Origin: Minisyncoccota bacterium
GTDB taxonomy: Bacteria > Patescibacteriota > Minisyncoccia > Phycocordibacterales > UBA9973
Assembly (NCBI GenBank): GCA_041659785.1
Contig: JBAZXO010000004.1
Coordinates: 13,270-77,269 of the forward strand
Direction: 5' to 3'
Length of the DNA: 64,000 nucleotides
Positions within the stretch are counted from its first letter, which is position 1; each line of letters opens with the position of its first letter. A program made the translations under genes and the position numbers. Positions 17,661-27,256 of this stretch are shown in pieces. Under the pieces are notes generated by a model. That model had not been told where the DNA came from and did not search any database. It was given only the letters and a program-made list of their open reading frames with translations.

Positions 17661-18281
17661 TTTAGAATCAGAAACGGTGGGTCCGGTTATTTTATACTCA
17701 GTTATTTTATCTTTCTTAATAAGCACGATTATATCTTCTAAAAGCTTTTTAGGGTCAAGGCCTGTAACAATCTTTGCATTTGGTCGGTGTCCTTTCACAA
17801 TAATCTCTTCAAGCTCTGCTCCCATTTCCCATGGACCTTCAAAAATACCAATGGGTTTAGCATCTTCAAAAGCGACAGTAAATTCATGAATCGTGCCAAT
17901 ACGCCCACAGCCCAAAATGACTGCATCAGAAGAACGAGTTAAAAGTATGTCCCGTCCTGCATAGCCAAAGCCAGTATAAATAATTAAATCCATGTAATCG
18001 ATAGGAAGCTTGTAGACCTCTACGTGTTCACGCTCTGAAGCCGCTGGAGATACACCAATAGAAATTCCTCCTGCTTCTTTAGCCCCCATAGCAGTCCAAA
18101 GTGGAAAACCAGTAGTGGCCCCTGTCACGAGGACAGCCCCCTGACGAGCTATCTCACGGCCTAGTTCTTTTGCTTTATCAAGAGCGCCTATTCCGCAACT
18201 CCCTGTCTCTGCTGCTCCAGAAACACAAATTTTTATTTGGTTATGTCCGTGTTTAACGGGAAAATCAATTTTAGAATCCAT
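17658..18281 (-). CDS. LOG/TIGR00725-like Rossmann-fold nucleotide-binding protein
   Basis: ELGREIA, LVTGATTG, TGFGYAGRD, GRIGTIHEF. Confidence 0.85.
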   Translation of the reverse strand: MDSKIDFPVKHGHNQIKICVSGAAETGSCGIGALDKAKELGREIARQGAVLVTGATTGFPLWTAMGAKEAGGISIGVSPAASEREHVEVYKLPIDYMDLIIYTGFGYAGRDILLTRSSDAVILGCGRIGTIHEFTVAFEDAKPIGIFEGPWEMGAELEEIIVKGHRPNAKIVTGLDPKKLLEDIIVLIKKDKITEYKITGPTVSDSK

Positions 18282-18284
18282 GAA

Positions 18285-18364
18285 TTTAGTTCTTAAAGTT
18301 TATAATGTTATAAAGTTTATAAAGTATTTTCTTGATGACTTTATGAACTTGATTACTTTCAACT
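18285..18364. repeat. Family E 80-bp AT-rich element, copy 1
   Basis: 75/80 identical to 29423-29502 by manual alignment. Confidence 0.85.
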
Positions 18365-18381
18365 GTTTCATTATATATGAT

Positions 18382-19746
18382 TTAGCAAGATAATGAAACG
18401 GTGTCCCCTCTCTCTGGAGCATAAGCTTCAATACCTAAATTGTCTCTTAGCTTCTGAACCAGGAACATTGATGATTTTGGTTCACCCATAACTACAAAAA
18501 CTTTTTTAATCTTATCTTGGGTATCTTCCACAAAATTTAATAAATGATCTGAATCTTTATGTCCTGAATATCCTAAAATAGTAACCACATGCGCTCTGAC
18601 GACTACTTCTTCACCTGTAATACGAACCTTTTTTATTCCTTCTTGAATCAAGCGCCCTGGAGTACCTACTGATTGATACCCAGCCAGAAGAAGTGTATTG
18701 TTTGGGTCTGGTAGATAATGCCTTTCATGATGCACAATACGCCCACCAGTAGACATGCCACTCCCAGCAATGACTATTTTTGGATTTGGCACATTGCCAA
18801 TCATCTTAGACTCTTCTGATTTAAGAGTACTGTGAAGTCCTGGGAAATCAAACAAATATTTATCGTGAGACATCGCTTTTTGCGCATTTTCATTAAAATA
18901 ACTTCTGTATTGTTTAAAAACATCAGTCAAGCGAATAGCGAGTGGAGAATCAAGAAAAATAGGCATAACTGGTATCCTATCATTTTCCACCAAGGCATCG
19001 AGCTCAAATAGAAGCTCTTGCGAACGCTCAAGTGAGAAAGTGGGGATGATTAATGTTCCTTTCCTCTTATAATTATCTTCAATCGTTTCTTCTAAATATT
19101 TCCTTCGCTCATCTCTAGACTCGTGATTTCGGTCTCCATAAACAGATTCCATTATCAAATAATCTATATCGGTGATTTTATCTGTGTCTGGAAGAATCGG
19201 AGATGGACTATTTCCTAAATCCCCAGTAAAGAGAATTTTCTTGCCATTATAAAGAAATTCAACCATTGCCGAACCTAATATGTGCCCAGCATTCAATAGA
19301 TTAACTTGTAAATTTTCTGTAATTTTTATTGTCTGATGATAAGGAAAACCTTGCCACAAACTTAATACTAATTTAATATTTTCTTCAGAATAAATTTTAT
19401 CCAGCCCTAGGTCTGTATTTTTACCCAAGATACCTGCTGTATCTTCGAGCATGGGTCCTGCGAGTCCTCTAGTAGGTTCTGTAGAATAAATTTTCCCACG
19501 AAACCCTTCACTAATTAATTTGGGAATTCTCCCCAAATGATCGACGTGTGCATGAGTTACAAAAAGAATATCTATCCCCTTAGGGTCATATTTAAAAGGT
19601 TCCCAGTTTACATCATCAGCTAATTTTTCCCCTTGGGTAAGACCGCAATCAACTAAAATTTTCTTACCATCAATCTCTAAGAGAAAATTTGCACCTGTTA
19701 CAGTACCTGTCCCTCCATAAAATGTCACCTTGGCTGTTTTTTCCAT
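18382..19746 (-). CDS. MBL-fold beta-CASP ribonuclease
   Basis: THAHVDHLG, AGHILGS, FTGDLG, MESVYG, GYSGHKD. Confidence 0.92.
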   Translation of the reverse strand: MEKTAKVTFYGGTGTVTGANFLLEIDGKKILVDCGLTQGEKLADDVNWEPFKYDPKGIDILFVTHAHVDHLGRIPKLISEGFRGKIYSTEPTRGLAGPMLEDTAGILGKNTDLGLDKIYSEENIKLVLSLWQGFPYHQTIKITENLQVNLLNAGHILGSAMVEFLYNGKKILFTGDLGNSPSPILPDTDKITDIDYLIMESVYGDRNHESRDERRKYLEETIEDNYKRKGTLIIPTFSLERSQELLFELDALVENDRIPVMPIFLDSPLAIRLTDVFKQYRSYFNENAQKAMSHDKYLFDFPGLHSTLKSEESKMIGNVPNPKIVIAGSGMSTGGRIVHHERHYLPDPNNTLLLAGYQSVGTPGRLIQEGIKKVRITGEEVVVRAHVVTILGYSGHKDSDHLLNFVEDTQDKIKKVFVVMGEPKSSMFLVQKLRDNLGIEAYAPERGDTVSLSC

Positions 19747-19753
19747 TAGTTAA

Positions 19754-20170
19754 TTATACAGTATTTTTTGTAATTAATATAATCCCATTTTTTAAATAAA
19801 AAAAATAAAATATTGCAAAAGTTCCCCCAGCAAGATCAAAGAAAATGTCTGAAATGGTGTCCAGGGTATTGAAAAGCATTTGAGCAATAATATTATTAAA
19901 TAAAATTTCAAAAATTTCCCAAGAAACTCCAATTATTAAAACACCAAGCAAAATTTTAAAAATTAATTTCAGAGAAAGTTCCAAGGATAAATCTTTATAA
20001 GATAAAATCCAGATCATAGACAACCCAAGGAAAAGTCCTCCCAAGAAATGCATCGGCATATCAAAATACCAAATAGAAACGTACCAATACAACTTCGTAG
20101 CGATGTAATTGAGTATAAAAATTAAAACAATAAGGCGTGCCAGGGTTTTAAAAAGTCTTTTTCTGTCCAT
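19754..20170 (-). CDS. Hypothetical membrane protein (VanZ/DUF2238-like; start MDRKRL)
   Basis: WYFDMPMHFLGG, WEIFE, DTISD; the ORF extension to 20299 overlaps the candidate ncRNA. Confidence 0.7.
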   Translation of the reverse strand: MDRKRLFKTLARLIVLIFILNYIATKLYWYVSIWYFDMPMHFLGGLFLGLSMIWILSYKDLSLELSLKLIFKILLGVLIIGVSWEIFEILFNNIIAQMLFNTLDTISDIFFDLAGGTFAIFYFFYLKNGIILITKNTV

Positions 20171-20197
20171 ATTTAAACATTTTACCCTATTTACAAG

Positions 20198-20354
20198 AAA
20201 AAATCCGCAAGGGTGCGGAGTTCTTCTTAGGACTATTTCAGATGTATTACCATAGCTTATAGCTAAGTGGGTGTTAGACGTTTGAAGCCAAGGCGTCAAT
20301 CGATCGAAACTCCCATAAATTAGTGTTCTAGGTAATATTCGGAAATAACCCTAC
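20198..20354 (-). ncRNA. Candidate rod-shaped small RNA (6S-like)
   Basis: Own promoter (TTGCAG-16 nt-TATACT), 12-bp closing stem with two G-U pairs, inner stems, intrinsic terminator at 20198-20219. Confidence 0.6.
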
Positions 20355-20432
20355 TGAAAGTATATCCCCTTTAAAACTTTCTGCAACAGCTTTTTTAAAG
20401 AAACACGAATCTAAGAAAAAAACAAGTTTGAC

Positions 20433-20963
20433 TTAAGAGCGTTTGTGGGCTTTAGTGGTTTGAGTAAATTTTTCATGAACGTTTTCATATTCAAAAAGTT
20501 CATTTTCAGAAAACCAGTGAGCAATCTCAGCTTTTGCTTCATTTGAATCACCAGAAGCGTGCAAAATATTAGGCAAACCAATTCCTTGCTCATCGGCATG
20601 CTTAAAACTCATGTGAGAATAATCTCCTCTAATGGTTCCAGGGACGGCACTTTTGGATTCCGTAGGTCCAACCATCTTTCGAACAATAGTAACTGCTTCA
20701 ATGCCCTCGAGAACAAAAGCAATCACTGGACCAGATTGCATCATTTCAACTGTAGTATCAAAAATCTTCTGTCCGTGACGAGAAATCATTGTACCAATCT
20801 TTTCATAATGGTGAAAAAAGAAATCTGTATCTGGTTGCAGCATTTTTGCTCCGATAATTTTGAGTCCAACTTTTTCAAATCTAGACAATATTTCACCCAC
20901 TATCCCTCTCTGTACTGAATCGGGTTTAAAAACGATAAGAGTTCTTTCTTGTATCATAAACAT
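20433..20963 (-). CDS. ndk: Nucleoside diphosphate kinase
   Basis: ERTLIVFKPD, PGTIRGD, NILHAS. Confidence 0.95.
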   Translation of the reverse strand: MFMIQERTLIVFKPDSVQRGIVGEILSRFEKVGLKIIGAKMLQPDTDFFFHHYEKIGTMISRHGQKIFDTTVEMMQSGPVIAFVLEGIEAVTIVRKMVGPTESKSAVPGTIRGDYSHMSFKHADEQGIGLPNILHASGDSNEAKAEIAHWFSENELFEYENVHEKFTQTTKAHKRS

Positions 20964-21017
20964 TTAAATTAAAATTGTAATAAACGCATCTTAGCAGATT
21001 TAAGACAATTACTCAAA

Positions 21018-23783
21018 CTATTCCATAGAGGAATACCTCGCCATGATTTCAGCCTCTACTTCTTCCCTATTGCGGCCGTATTTTATATACGAAAGTTCTT
21101 TCAAACTATCTACAATATCAGGATTTCCTTTCTCTGCATCTAAGGTTCTTAAGTTAAATGGTTTTACTGGCTGTCCGTTCACAAGCATGTTTACATAAGC
21201 ATTACGATTATCAAGCTTAGTAATATCAGCAGCGGTAAATTGAGGTTTAAATTTTGGCTCCAAAAATGTCGCATCTTCAGTACCGACACGAAATACAGCC
21301 ATCGAGCCGACGTTTCCGAAAACTGCATTTTTTATTTTTTCATCAAGCTGACTTATATATTGATGTGCAATGTTAAGAGAAAGTCTATATTTTCGAGCTT
21401 CAGACAATATAGAAGAGATGGATTCAGTCGTAACATTTTGAAACTCATCGATATATAGATAAAAATCATTCATTGGCTTACCGAACATATCTACTCGAGA
21501 AAGTGCAGCCATTTGAATCTTCCCCACGAGCACCAGACCAATCAAATTTGCATTTATATCACCGAGCCTACCTTTAGAAAGATTCACTAACAAAATTTTC
21601 TTCTCATCCATTATTTTTCTAAAATTAAAAACAGAATTCTGCTGGAGGACGACTGGGCGCATGATGTCGTTGCTGATAAAGTTGTCAAACTTTGATGAAA
21701 TATAAGGAACGAAGTTCGCTAAAGATTGATCCCCAGATGTTTGCTCTGCAGAAACCCAGAATTGTTTGATGATTGGATTCTTACACTTAGCAAGTTTCAT
21801 ATCACGAAATTCTTTGTCCGCCAAAACACGTGTAATCTCAAGTAGGGTCGAGCCGGATTCTGGATCTTCCATCACTAAAAATGCACTATTTCTAAAATAT
21901 TGCTCAAACATTGCTCCTCCACCTACTTTCATATCAAAAAGTTTATTAAAGATACCCATCATTTCGTTTACCACAAATGTCTTCTGTTCTGGATATTTAG
22001 GATCATACTCAAGCATATTTAGACCCATAGGGCGTGCAGTATATGCAGGGTCAAAATATATGACATCATCAATACGCTCCTTGGGAATACGAGACAAAAT
22101 AGTCTGGATGTCGGTGCCGTGTGGATCAATATAACAGCACCCATCTCCATTTCGGATGTCTTGGGTTATCATATTGAGCATAATATTCGTCTTTCCTGTA
22201 CCTGTCTGACCTATGACATAGAAATGCCTCATACGATCTTCACGGGACATATGTATCTCTGTATCTTTACCTCTGTAACTATTTACTCCAAGCACTATAC
22301 CCTCCTGCCCCATTTCTATTGGTGCTGGAGCAATGCCGGCTTTTGCTTCTTTTAATTGTGGCTGACCACTGAGACCAACTGGGAAATGAAAGACTGAAGC
22401 GAGTTCTTTTAAATTCATTGGTAGTACATTGTCGGAAGAAAAAGTACGATAAGAAAAATCATGAAAAAGCTTTTTCAATTCACTCCCGTGAACTTCTTCA
22501 AAGACAAAAGAATTACTTGCGGCTTCAGAAAATTGATTAAATGAGGATTCTATTTCTTTTAATATACCCTCTGCTCGTTCTCTACTTTCCCCTGAAGCAA
22601 TCACGCGAATATTTGCTTTCATGATGCTGCTTTTTATTTTGTTACCAATTTTTTCAACGGCACCTTCATCTACTGCACGTCTGCCTTTCATATATTTCTC
22701 CTTTTTTTCTTCTTCTTTTTCTTTTTTACCAAACAATAACTCCTTGGACGCTTTAAAAAAGGCATGATTAAATTTGTAATAATTGTCAGCAGCATGCTTA
22801 ACAGAAATGCCATCCTTAACATCATCTAGGACGGTGTGAAATTCATTTATAAACTTATCCCCAGCGGGGGCAATGACAATCTGTATGGCTGCACCTTCTC
22901 CTGCTGTATTTAATTTAGAGAAAACATTTAAGATCGTATTCATAGGGTCGTGGTCAATGTTGTCATATGTCTTAATCGGCATTACAATCCTCTCCGTAAA
23001 AGAAGCATAAGCACCGACTGAGCCACCGTTTTCATTAAATACATTATAGTCATCTGATACTTCACGAATTTTTGCATTATGATAAAAAGCTAAAATTTGT
23101 TTTTCAAAAAGTGAAAGGTGCTTATTCGGTATTGCTGCATAAACTACGACTTCATCGCTCTGATTTCCGAGAGCTATTTCTAATGTGAAATAATTTTCTT
23201 TTTCATTATTTTTTCCTATAGATATAGACTGCATCCCTGCATAAAATTGCTCCATCGCTCCAATGAATTCTTTGAAATTTTTTGTTTTATCTGCTTCTTC
23301 TGTTGGTGGAGGAAGAGTAATTTCAAAAAGCGTCATATTGAGGGCTTTATAAATAGGTGAATCTTCTTTGAAGTCCAACCTTACTTGTCCTGTCTTTAAA
23401 TACTGTATGAGGATTCTATGAAAATCATCATCCACGTGCGGATTGTCCATCGCCTCTACGATAGATAAAGCATTCCTAACTCCTTTAGTAATGACAATAC
23501 CCAGGAGCTCTTCCATGATACTGTCATGAGGTTCTGGTTTGAGTTTAAGGATTATACCTTCTGTCTCTCTTCTGCTCATAATATTATCCTTATGAACAAA
23601 TTGCTCTGTTGGTAGTTTCTTGTATTCACCAATCACCTCTCCTATCGCACTTTCTTGTGCATGTTCCACATGTCCGATATTTATGAGTTGCTCCTCTCGA
23701 GCCTTCACGTGAGCACGCAAATAATCAAGCTCCTCTTCTGGAGACTTGAACTTAGGCATTTCTTTAAAAAATGATCCTTCCAT
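21018..23783 (-). CDS. VirB4/TraG/HerA-like P-loop ATPase (CPR-type)
   Basis: RHFYVIGQTGTGKT, IDPHG, LYIDEFQN, SEARKY, GNVGS. Confidence 0.85.
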   Translation of the reverse strand: MEGSFFKEMPKFKSPEEELDYLRAHVKAREEQLINIGHVEHAQESAIGEVIGEYKKLPTEQFVHKDNIMSRRETEGIILKLKPEPHDSIMEELLGIVITKGVRNALSIVEAMDNPHVDDDFHRILIQYLKTGQVRLDFKEDSPIYKALNMTLFEITLPPPTEEADKTKNFKEFIGAMEQFYAGMQSISIGKNNEKENYFTLEIALGNQSDEVVVYAAIPNKHLSLFEKQILAFYHNAKIREVSDDYNVFNENGGSVGAYASFTERIVMPIKTYDNIDHDPMNTILNVFSKLNTAGEGAAIQIVIAPAGDKFINEFHTVLDDVKDGISVKHAADNYYKFNHAFFKASKELLFGKKEKEEEKKEKYMKGRRAVDEGAVEKIGNKIKSSIMKANIRVIASGESRERAEGILKEIESSFNQFSEAASNSFVFEEVHGSELKKLFHDFSYRTFSSDNVLPMNLKELASVFHFPVGLSGQPQLKEAKAGIAPAPIEMGQEGIVLGVNSYRGKDTEIHMSREDRMRHFYVIGQTGTGKTNIMLNMITQDIRNGDGCCYIDPHGTDIQTILSRIPKERIDDVIYFDPAYTARPMGLNMLEYDPKYPEQKTFVVNEMMGIFNKLFDMKVGGGAMFEQYFRNSAFLVMEDPESGSTLLEITRVLADKEFRDMKLAKCKNPIIKQFWVSAEQTSGDQSLANFVPYISSKFDNFISNDIMRPVVLQQNSVFNFRKIMDEKKILLVNLSKGRLGDINANLIGLVLVGKIQMAALSRVDMFGKPMNDFYLYIDEFQNVTTESISSILSEARKYRLSLNIAHQYISQLDEKIKNAVFGNVGSMAVFRVGTEDATFLEPKFKPQFTAADITKLDNRNAYVNMLVNGQPVKPFNLRTLDAEKGNPDIVDSLKELSYIKYGRNREEVEAEIMARYSSME

Positions 23784-23809
23784 TAGACTAATTATACAAT
23801 AAATAGAAC

Positions 23810-23895
23810 AATTTAGGAAAATACTTTTTCTCAGGTCCTCGGTTCTCCGGGTCCCTATCCCGGCCAGACCATTCTAAAAAGTATTTTCCTAAATT
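23810..23895. repeat. Family D hairpin element (reverse orientation)
   Basis: AGGTCCTCGG...AGACCATTCTAAAAAGT core with 20-bp outer stem. Confidence 0.75.
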
Positions 23896-23907
23896 TGTTT
23901 TAAATTT

Positions 23908-24903
23908 TTACAAACAAGTGTAAGCAATAGTATCTGTAGCATTTCCAGTTATAGTAAGAGTCGTTCCAGAAACAACAGCCCTCGTAGCAAATATACCTGT
24001 AGTGTCTGTGGCAGTACAAATAGCACCTGTAGCAACGGTAATCGATGCACAGCTAGTACCAAGTACGCAGGTACCTTTATTTAAGGCACTACCAACACTT
24101 AAGCTTCCCTCAAGGGTGTTTTTAGAAGTTGCTCCAGCTGAATAAATATTCCATTTATTTGTTCCTTTATTTTGATCTTGAATATATAATCCATATGCAT
24201 TAGTGATATTATTAGTATTAACTCCATTACCATCATTGCTTGGAGATTCAACAAAAATACCATATGCATTTGTTGCATTACCAGAACCAAGGTTAGCATA
24301 AACAAATTCACCTCCTTTTAAGTTCGTAACTATTCCTACTCCTGAGTTGTGGGCTGATCCCACTATACTTTTTAAACTAGTGATAGTTCCACTCCCCAAG
24401 TGATCAGTACCACTTGCAACACCGTTTATTTGATTCAAATTCCCAACATAAGCAGAATCCGTTGCAGAATATAAGTCTATACCATTAAATGCCATTGAAG
24501 GCTGACTAACGGTAAAATTAGCAAATGCCACAATTCCCAAATTATCATAATAAGAACCGTCCCCTAGTGGTGCTGTAACAGTATCTATCAATTGATTACG
24601 TACATTATAAACAGAGTGATTTAAGTCTTTGCCGTTCCCTAACAATAAAGCGTTTCCCTGAATGTCACCCGCAACATGAAGCTTACTCGTTGGTGTAATT
24701 CCAACACCTACGTTTCCACTTCCAGTAATGATATTTCCATTATTTGTAGTCTGTAATGATAAAGCATTCCCTGCACCTACATCTATGGTAGACGCAGCTG
24801 TACCTGTGATAGCGGTAGAACTAAATGTTAATGATGCTAAAGCTTTTGTTGCACCCAATATAACTAAACTAAACACAAGAATACTTAATATTTTTTTATT
24901 CAT
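23908..24903 (-). CDS. Secreted/surface beta-rich protein
   Basis: Signal peptide, GNVGVGITPTSKLHVAG motif, repeated NAYG(I/L) segments, T/G/S/N-rich. Confidence 0.7.
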   Translation of the reverse strand: MNKKILSILVFSLVILGATKALASLTFSSTAITGTAASTIDVGAGNALSLQTTNNGNIITGSGNVGVGITPTSKLHVAGDIQGNALLLGNGKDLNHSVYNVRNQLIDTVTAPLGDGSYYDNLGIVAFANFTVSQPSMAFNGIDLYSATDSAYVGNLNQINGVASGTDHLGSGTITSLKSIVGSAHNSGVGIVTNLKGGEFVYANLGSGNATNAYGIFVESPSNDGNGVNTNNITNAYGLYIQDQNKGTNKWNIYSAGATSKNTLEGSLSVGSALNKGTCVLGTSCASITVATGAICTATDTTGIFATRAVVSGTTLTITGNATDTIAYTCL

Positions 24904-24982
24904 GATATAAAAATTAAATTAATAAATTGATCTTTTAATTATAACCCCTCTCTGAAATCTTCGGAAATGTAAGGTGGATAAC

Positions 24983-25756
24983 TTAAACTTTAGTTAAAAT
25001 TTCTGGCTCATCCTCAGTAATCAGGATAGTATGTTCGAAATGTGCGCTATTTTTATGGTCAGCGGTGCGTATAGTATAACCATCTTCATCTATCGTCACA
25101 TTTTTTGTTCCCATATTTAACATTGGCTCTAAGGCAACAATCATTCCAGGTACGAGCTTCGCCCCTGTACCCTTTTTACCAAAGTTCGGTATATATGGGT
25201 CCTCGTGAATTTCTTTTCCCACCCCGTGTCCAGAGAGAACTTCCACAATGCCGTATTTAACATTCTGAGCACGCACGAAACTTTCTATTGCATGACCAAT
25301 GTCCCCTATCCTGTTTCCATTGCGAGCTGCATCGATACCTACTTGCAGAGACTCCTCAGTAATCTTCATAAGTTTCAAATTTGCATCACTTACTTTCCCC
25401 ACAGGCACAGTGAGAGCCATATCAGAAAAAAGTCCACGGTGCTTCACCCCTAAATCAATCGAGACGATGTCTCCTTCTTTTAAAATTCTTTTCTTACTCG
25501 GAATACCGTGTACAACTTCATCATTTACAGAAACACACAAAGAAGCTGGAAAAGGTTTACTTGCTCCATCCGGACGATAATTTAAAAATGCCGGAGTATC
25601 CCCCATCTCACGGATTAATTTCTCAGCATATAAATCTAAATCTTTCGTAGAAATACCAGGCTTTATTATATCCCTAACCTTATAAAGAACGGTCGCCAAA
25701 TGCTGGCAACTTTCTCGAATTATTTCTATTTCTTCTTTTGTTTTAATTATTATCAT
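24983..25756 (-). CDS. map: Methionine aminopeptidase type I
   Basis: CVSVNDEVVHGIP, GHGVG, HEDP, ALEPM, SAHFEHT. Confidence 0.97.
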   Translation of the reverse strand: MIIIKTKEEIEIIRESCQHLATVLYKVRDIIKPGISTKDLDLYAEKLIREMGDTPAFLNYRPDGASKPFPASLCVSVNDEVVHGIPSKKRILKEGDIVSIDLGVKHRGLFSDMALTVPVGKVSDANLKLMKITEESLQVGIDAARNGNRIGDIGHAIESFVRAQNVKYGIVEVLSGHGVGKEIHEDPYIPNFGKKGTGAKLVPGMIVALEPMLNMGTKNVTIDEDGYTIRTADHKNSAHFEHTILITEDEPEILTKV

Positions 25757-25764
25757 AATTTAAG

Positions 25765-25835
25765 ACCTCACCCCGTCTGCCGTTGCATCCACCCCTCTCC
25801 ATAATTTAATTATGGAGAGGGGAAAGGGGTGAGGT
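25765..25835 (+). repeat. Family B REP-like element, copy 1
   Basis: ACCTCACCCC...CCCCTCTCCATAATT-T-AATTATGGAGAGGGG...GGGGTGAGGT. Confidence 0.9.
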
Positions 25836-25840
25836 AAACC

Positions 25841-26521
25841 TCAGCTAATAGTCGTCCCCATAAACTTCTCCCCATTCAAACACTTGTCTAAGTTATCAAT
25901 CGACTTACCATTCATGATAAACACCGTCATCCCCTCTTCTTGCGCCATTTTAGAGGCAATAGGGTCAAATGGTGAGTTCAATCCAGGATTCCATTCTTTG
26001 GGTATAATAGCACGATAATTATCCCATGAAATTTGCTCAATCTTTTTAGCATTAGAATTTATATTGGGATCAGAATCATACACGTAGTCAGTATTTGATA
26101 AATTTATTATCTTTTTAGCACCTAATTGTTTACCCAATACCACAGCAACATAGTCTGTGCTCCATCCAGGCTTCCATCCTCCCCCAACGATTATAGGTCT
26201 CTCTACTTTAATGGGTGACGTAGGGTCAATGATTATTTCTCTTTCTGCTTTGTCTCCAAATAAAATTTTCACAAATTCTGCGTTGAACCGTGTTGAAAAA
26301 ATTCCAAGCCAATCTAAATCTTCAGAAGTAGGTTTTTCTATTTTTCTAAGAACGTCCTGATATCTTCTACAAATTTTCCCTCCCCCTGTGATAATTACAA
26401 ATTTTTTACCTCTTTTTACATTAGCTAAAATTAAATTTTTGAATTCTTCTAAGAAATTAACGTCAATTTCATCAGGAATAATCAATGAACCACCCAATGA
26501 GATAACGATTGTTTCTTCCAT
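25841..26521 (-). CDS. pyrH: UMP kinase (archaeal-type)
   Basis: ISLGGS, GGGKICR, GGWKPGWSTD, DYVYDSDP, PFDP. Confidence 0.9.
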   Translation of the reverse strand: MEETIVISLGGSLIIPDEIDVNFLEEFKNLILANVKRGKKFVIITGGGKICRRYQDVLRKIEKPTSEDLDWLGIFSTRFNAEFVKILFGDKAEREIIIDPTSPIKVERPIIVGGGWKPGWSTDYVAVVLGKQLGAKKIINLSNTDYVYDSDPNINSNAKKIEQISWDNYRAIIPKEWNPGLNSPFDPIASKMAQEEGMTVFIMNGKSIDNLDKCLNGEKFMGTTIS

Positions 26522-26525
26522 AATA

Positions 26526-27113
26526 TTAGTATCCTAAGGCTTTAACAATGTCTTTAAAAACATCTTCTCTGCTTTGTTCCCCATTTATTTTATAAATTTT
26601 ATAACCCTCTTTATCTTTAAAATAATCCATCGAAGGAATAACTTTATTTATATATTCATCAAATCTTTTTTCTATACCTTCTTTTGTATCATCTACCCTT
26701 CCCCTCAATAAATTGCGCTTCATAGCTTCTTCTTTACTGATTTCAATATAAATAATCTTAACTTCATCACGTTTAAAGAAATTTACCATGTCACTAAGAA
26801 CTTGTGACTGGGCTAGGGTTCTAGGATATCCATCAGTAATTAAATGTTTATCTGGTGTTAAAGAAGATGTCAGAATGTTTGTGACAATTGAATCCGTCAA
26901 AAAGTCTGGCTGAAGATGCCCGAGAGAGACAGATTCTTTTACTAAAGAACCAGTATAGCTTCCAGCTTCTATAAGCTTTCTGTATTCGTTACCTGGGTAA
27001 GCATAAACGCACTCTTTGCCATCCTTATCTTTAAGAAAGTCCCGCAGAAACTGTATTTGTGTACCCTTTCCAGAGCCCACTATTCCAAAAAATACAAAAG
27101 TTTCAGATTGCAT
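26526..27113 (-). CDS. adk: Adenylate kinase family, short LID
   Basis: GSGKGTQ, DGYPRT, RGRVDD; position after secY. Confidence 0.85.
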   Translation of the reverse strand: MQSETFVFFGIVGSGKGTQIQFLRDFLKDKDGKECVYAYPGNEYRKLIEAGSYTGSLVKESVSLGHLQPDFLTDSIVTNILTSSLTPDKHLITDGYPRTLAQSQVLSDMVNFFKRDEVKIIYIEISKEEAMKRNLLRGRVDDTKEGIEKRFDEYINKVIPSMDYFKDKEGYKIYKINGEQSREDVFKDIVKALGY

Positions 27114-27147
27114 ATATACACAATATAGAATTTTAGACTAAAAATCA

Positions 27148-27217
27148 ACCTCACCCCTTCCCCTCTCCATAATTTAATTATGGAGAGGGGTGGCTGCTTT
27201 GACAGACGGGGTGAGGT
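27148..27217 (-). repeat. Family B REP-like element, copy 2 (inverted)
   Basis: Reverse complement nearly identical to 25765-25835. Confidence 0.9.
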
Positions 27218-27256
27218 GAATTTTTATGTAAAATATGTTCTAATAGGATCATAACA

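Noticed and set aside
20171-20299. N-terminal extension of ORF 19754-20299
   Set aside because: It runs through a terminator and the candidate ncRNA; the ATG at 20170 has its own -10 box.
21018-23783. Conjugative element or prophage
   Set aside because: No relaxase, integrase, other T4SS or phage genes; flanked by housekeeping genes.
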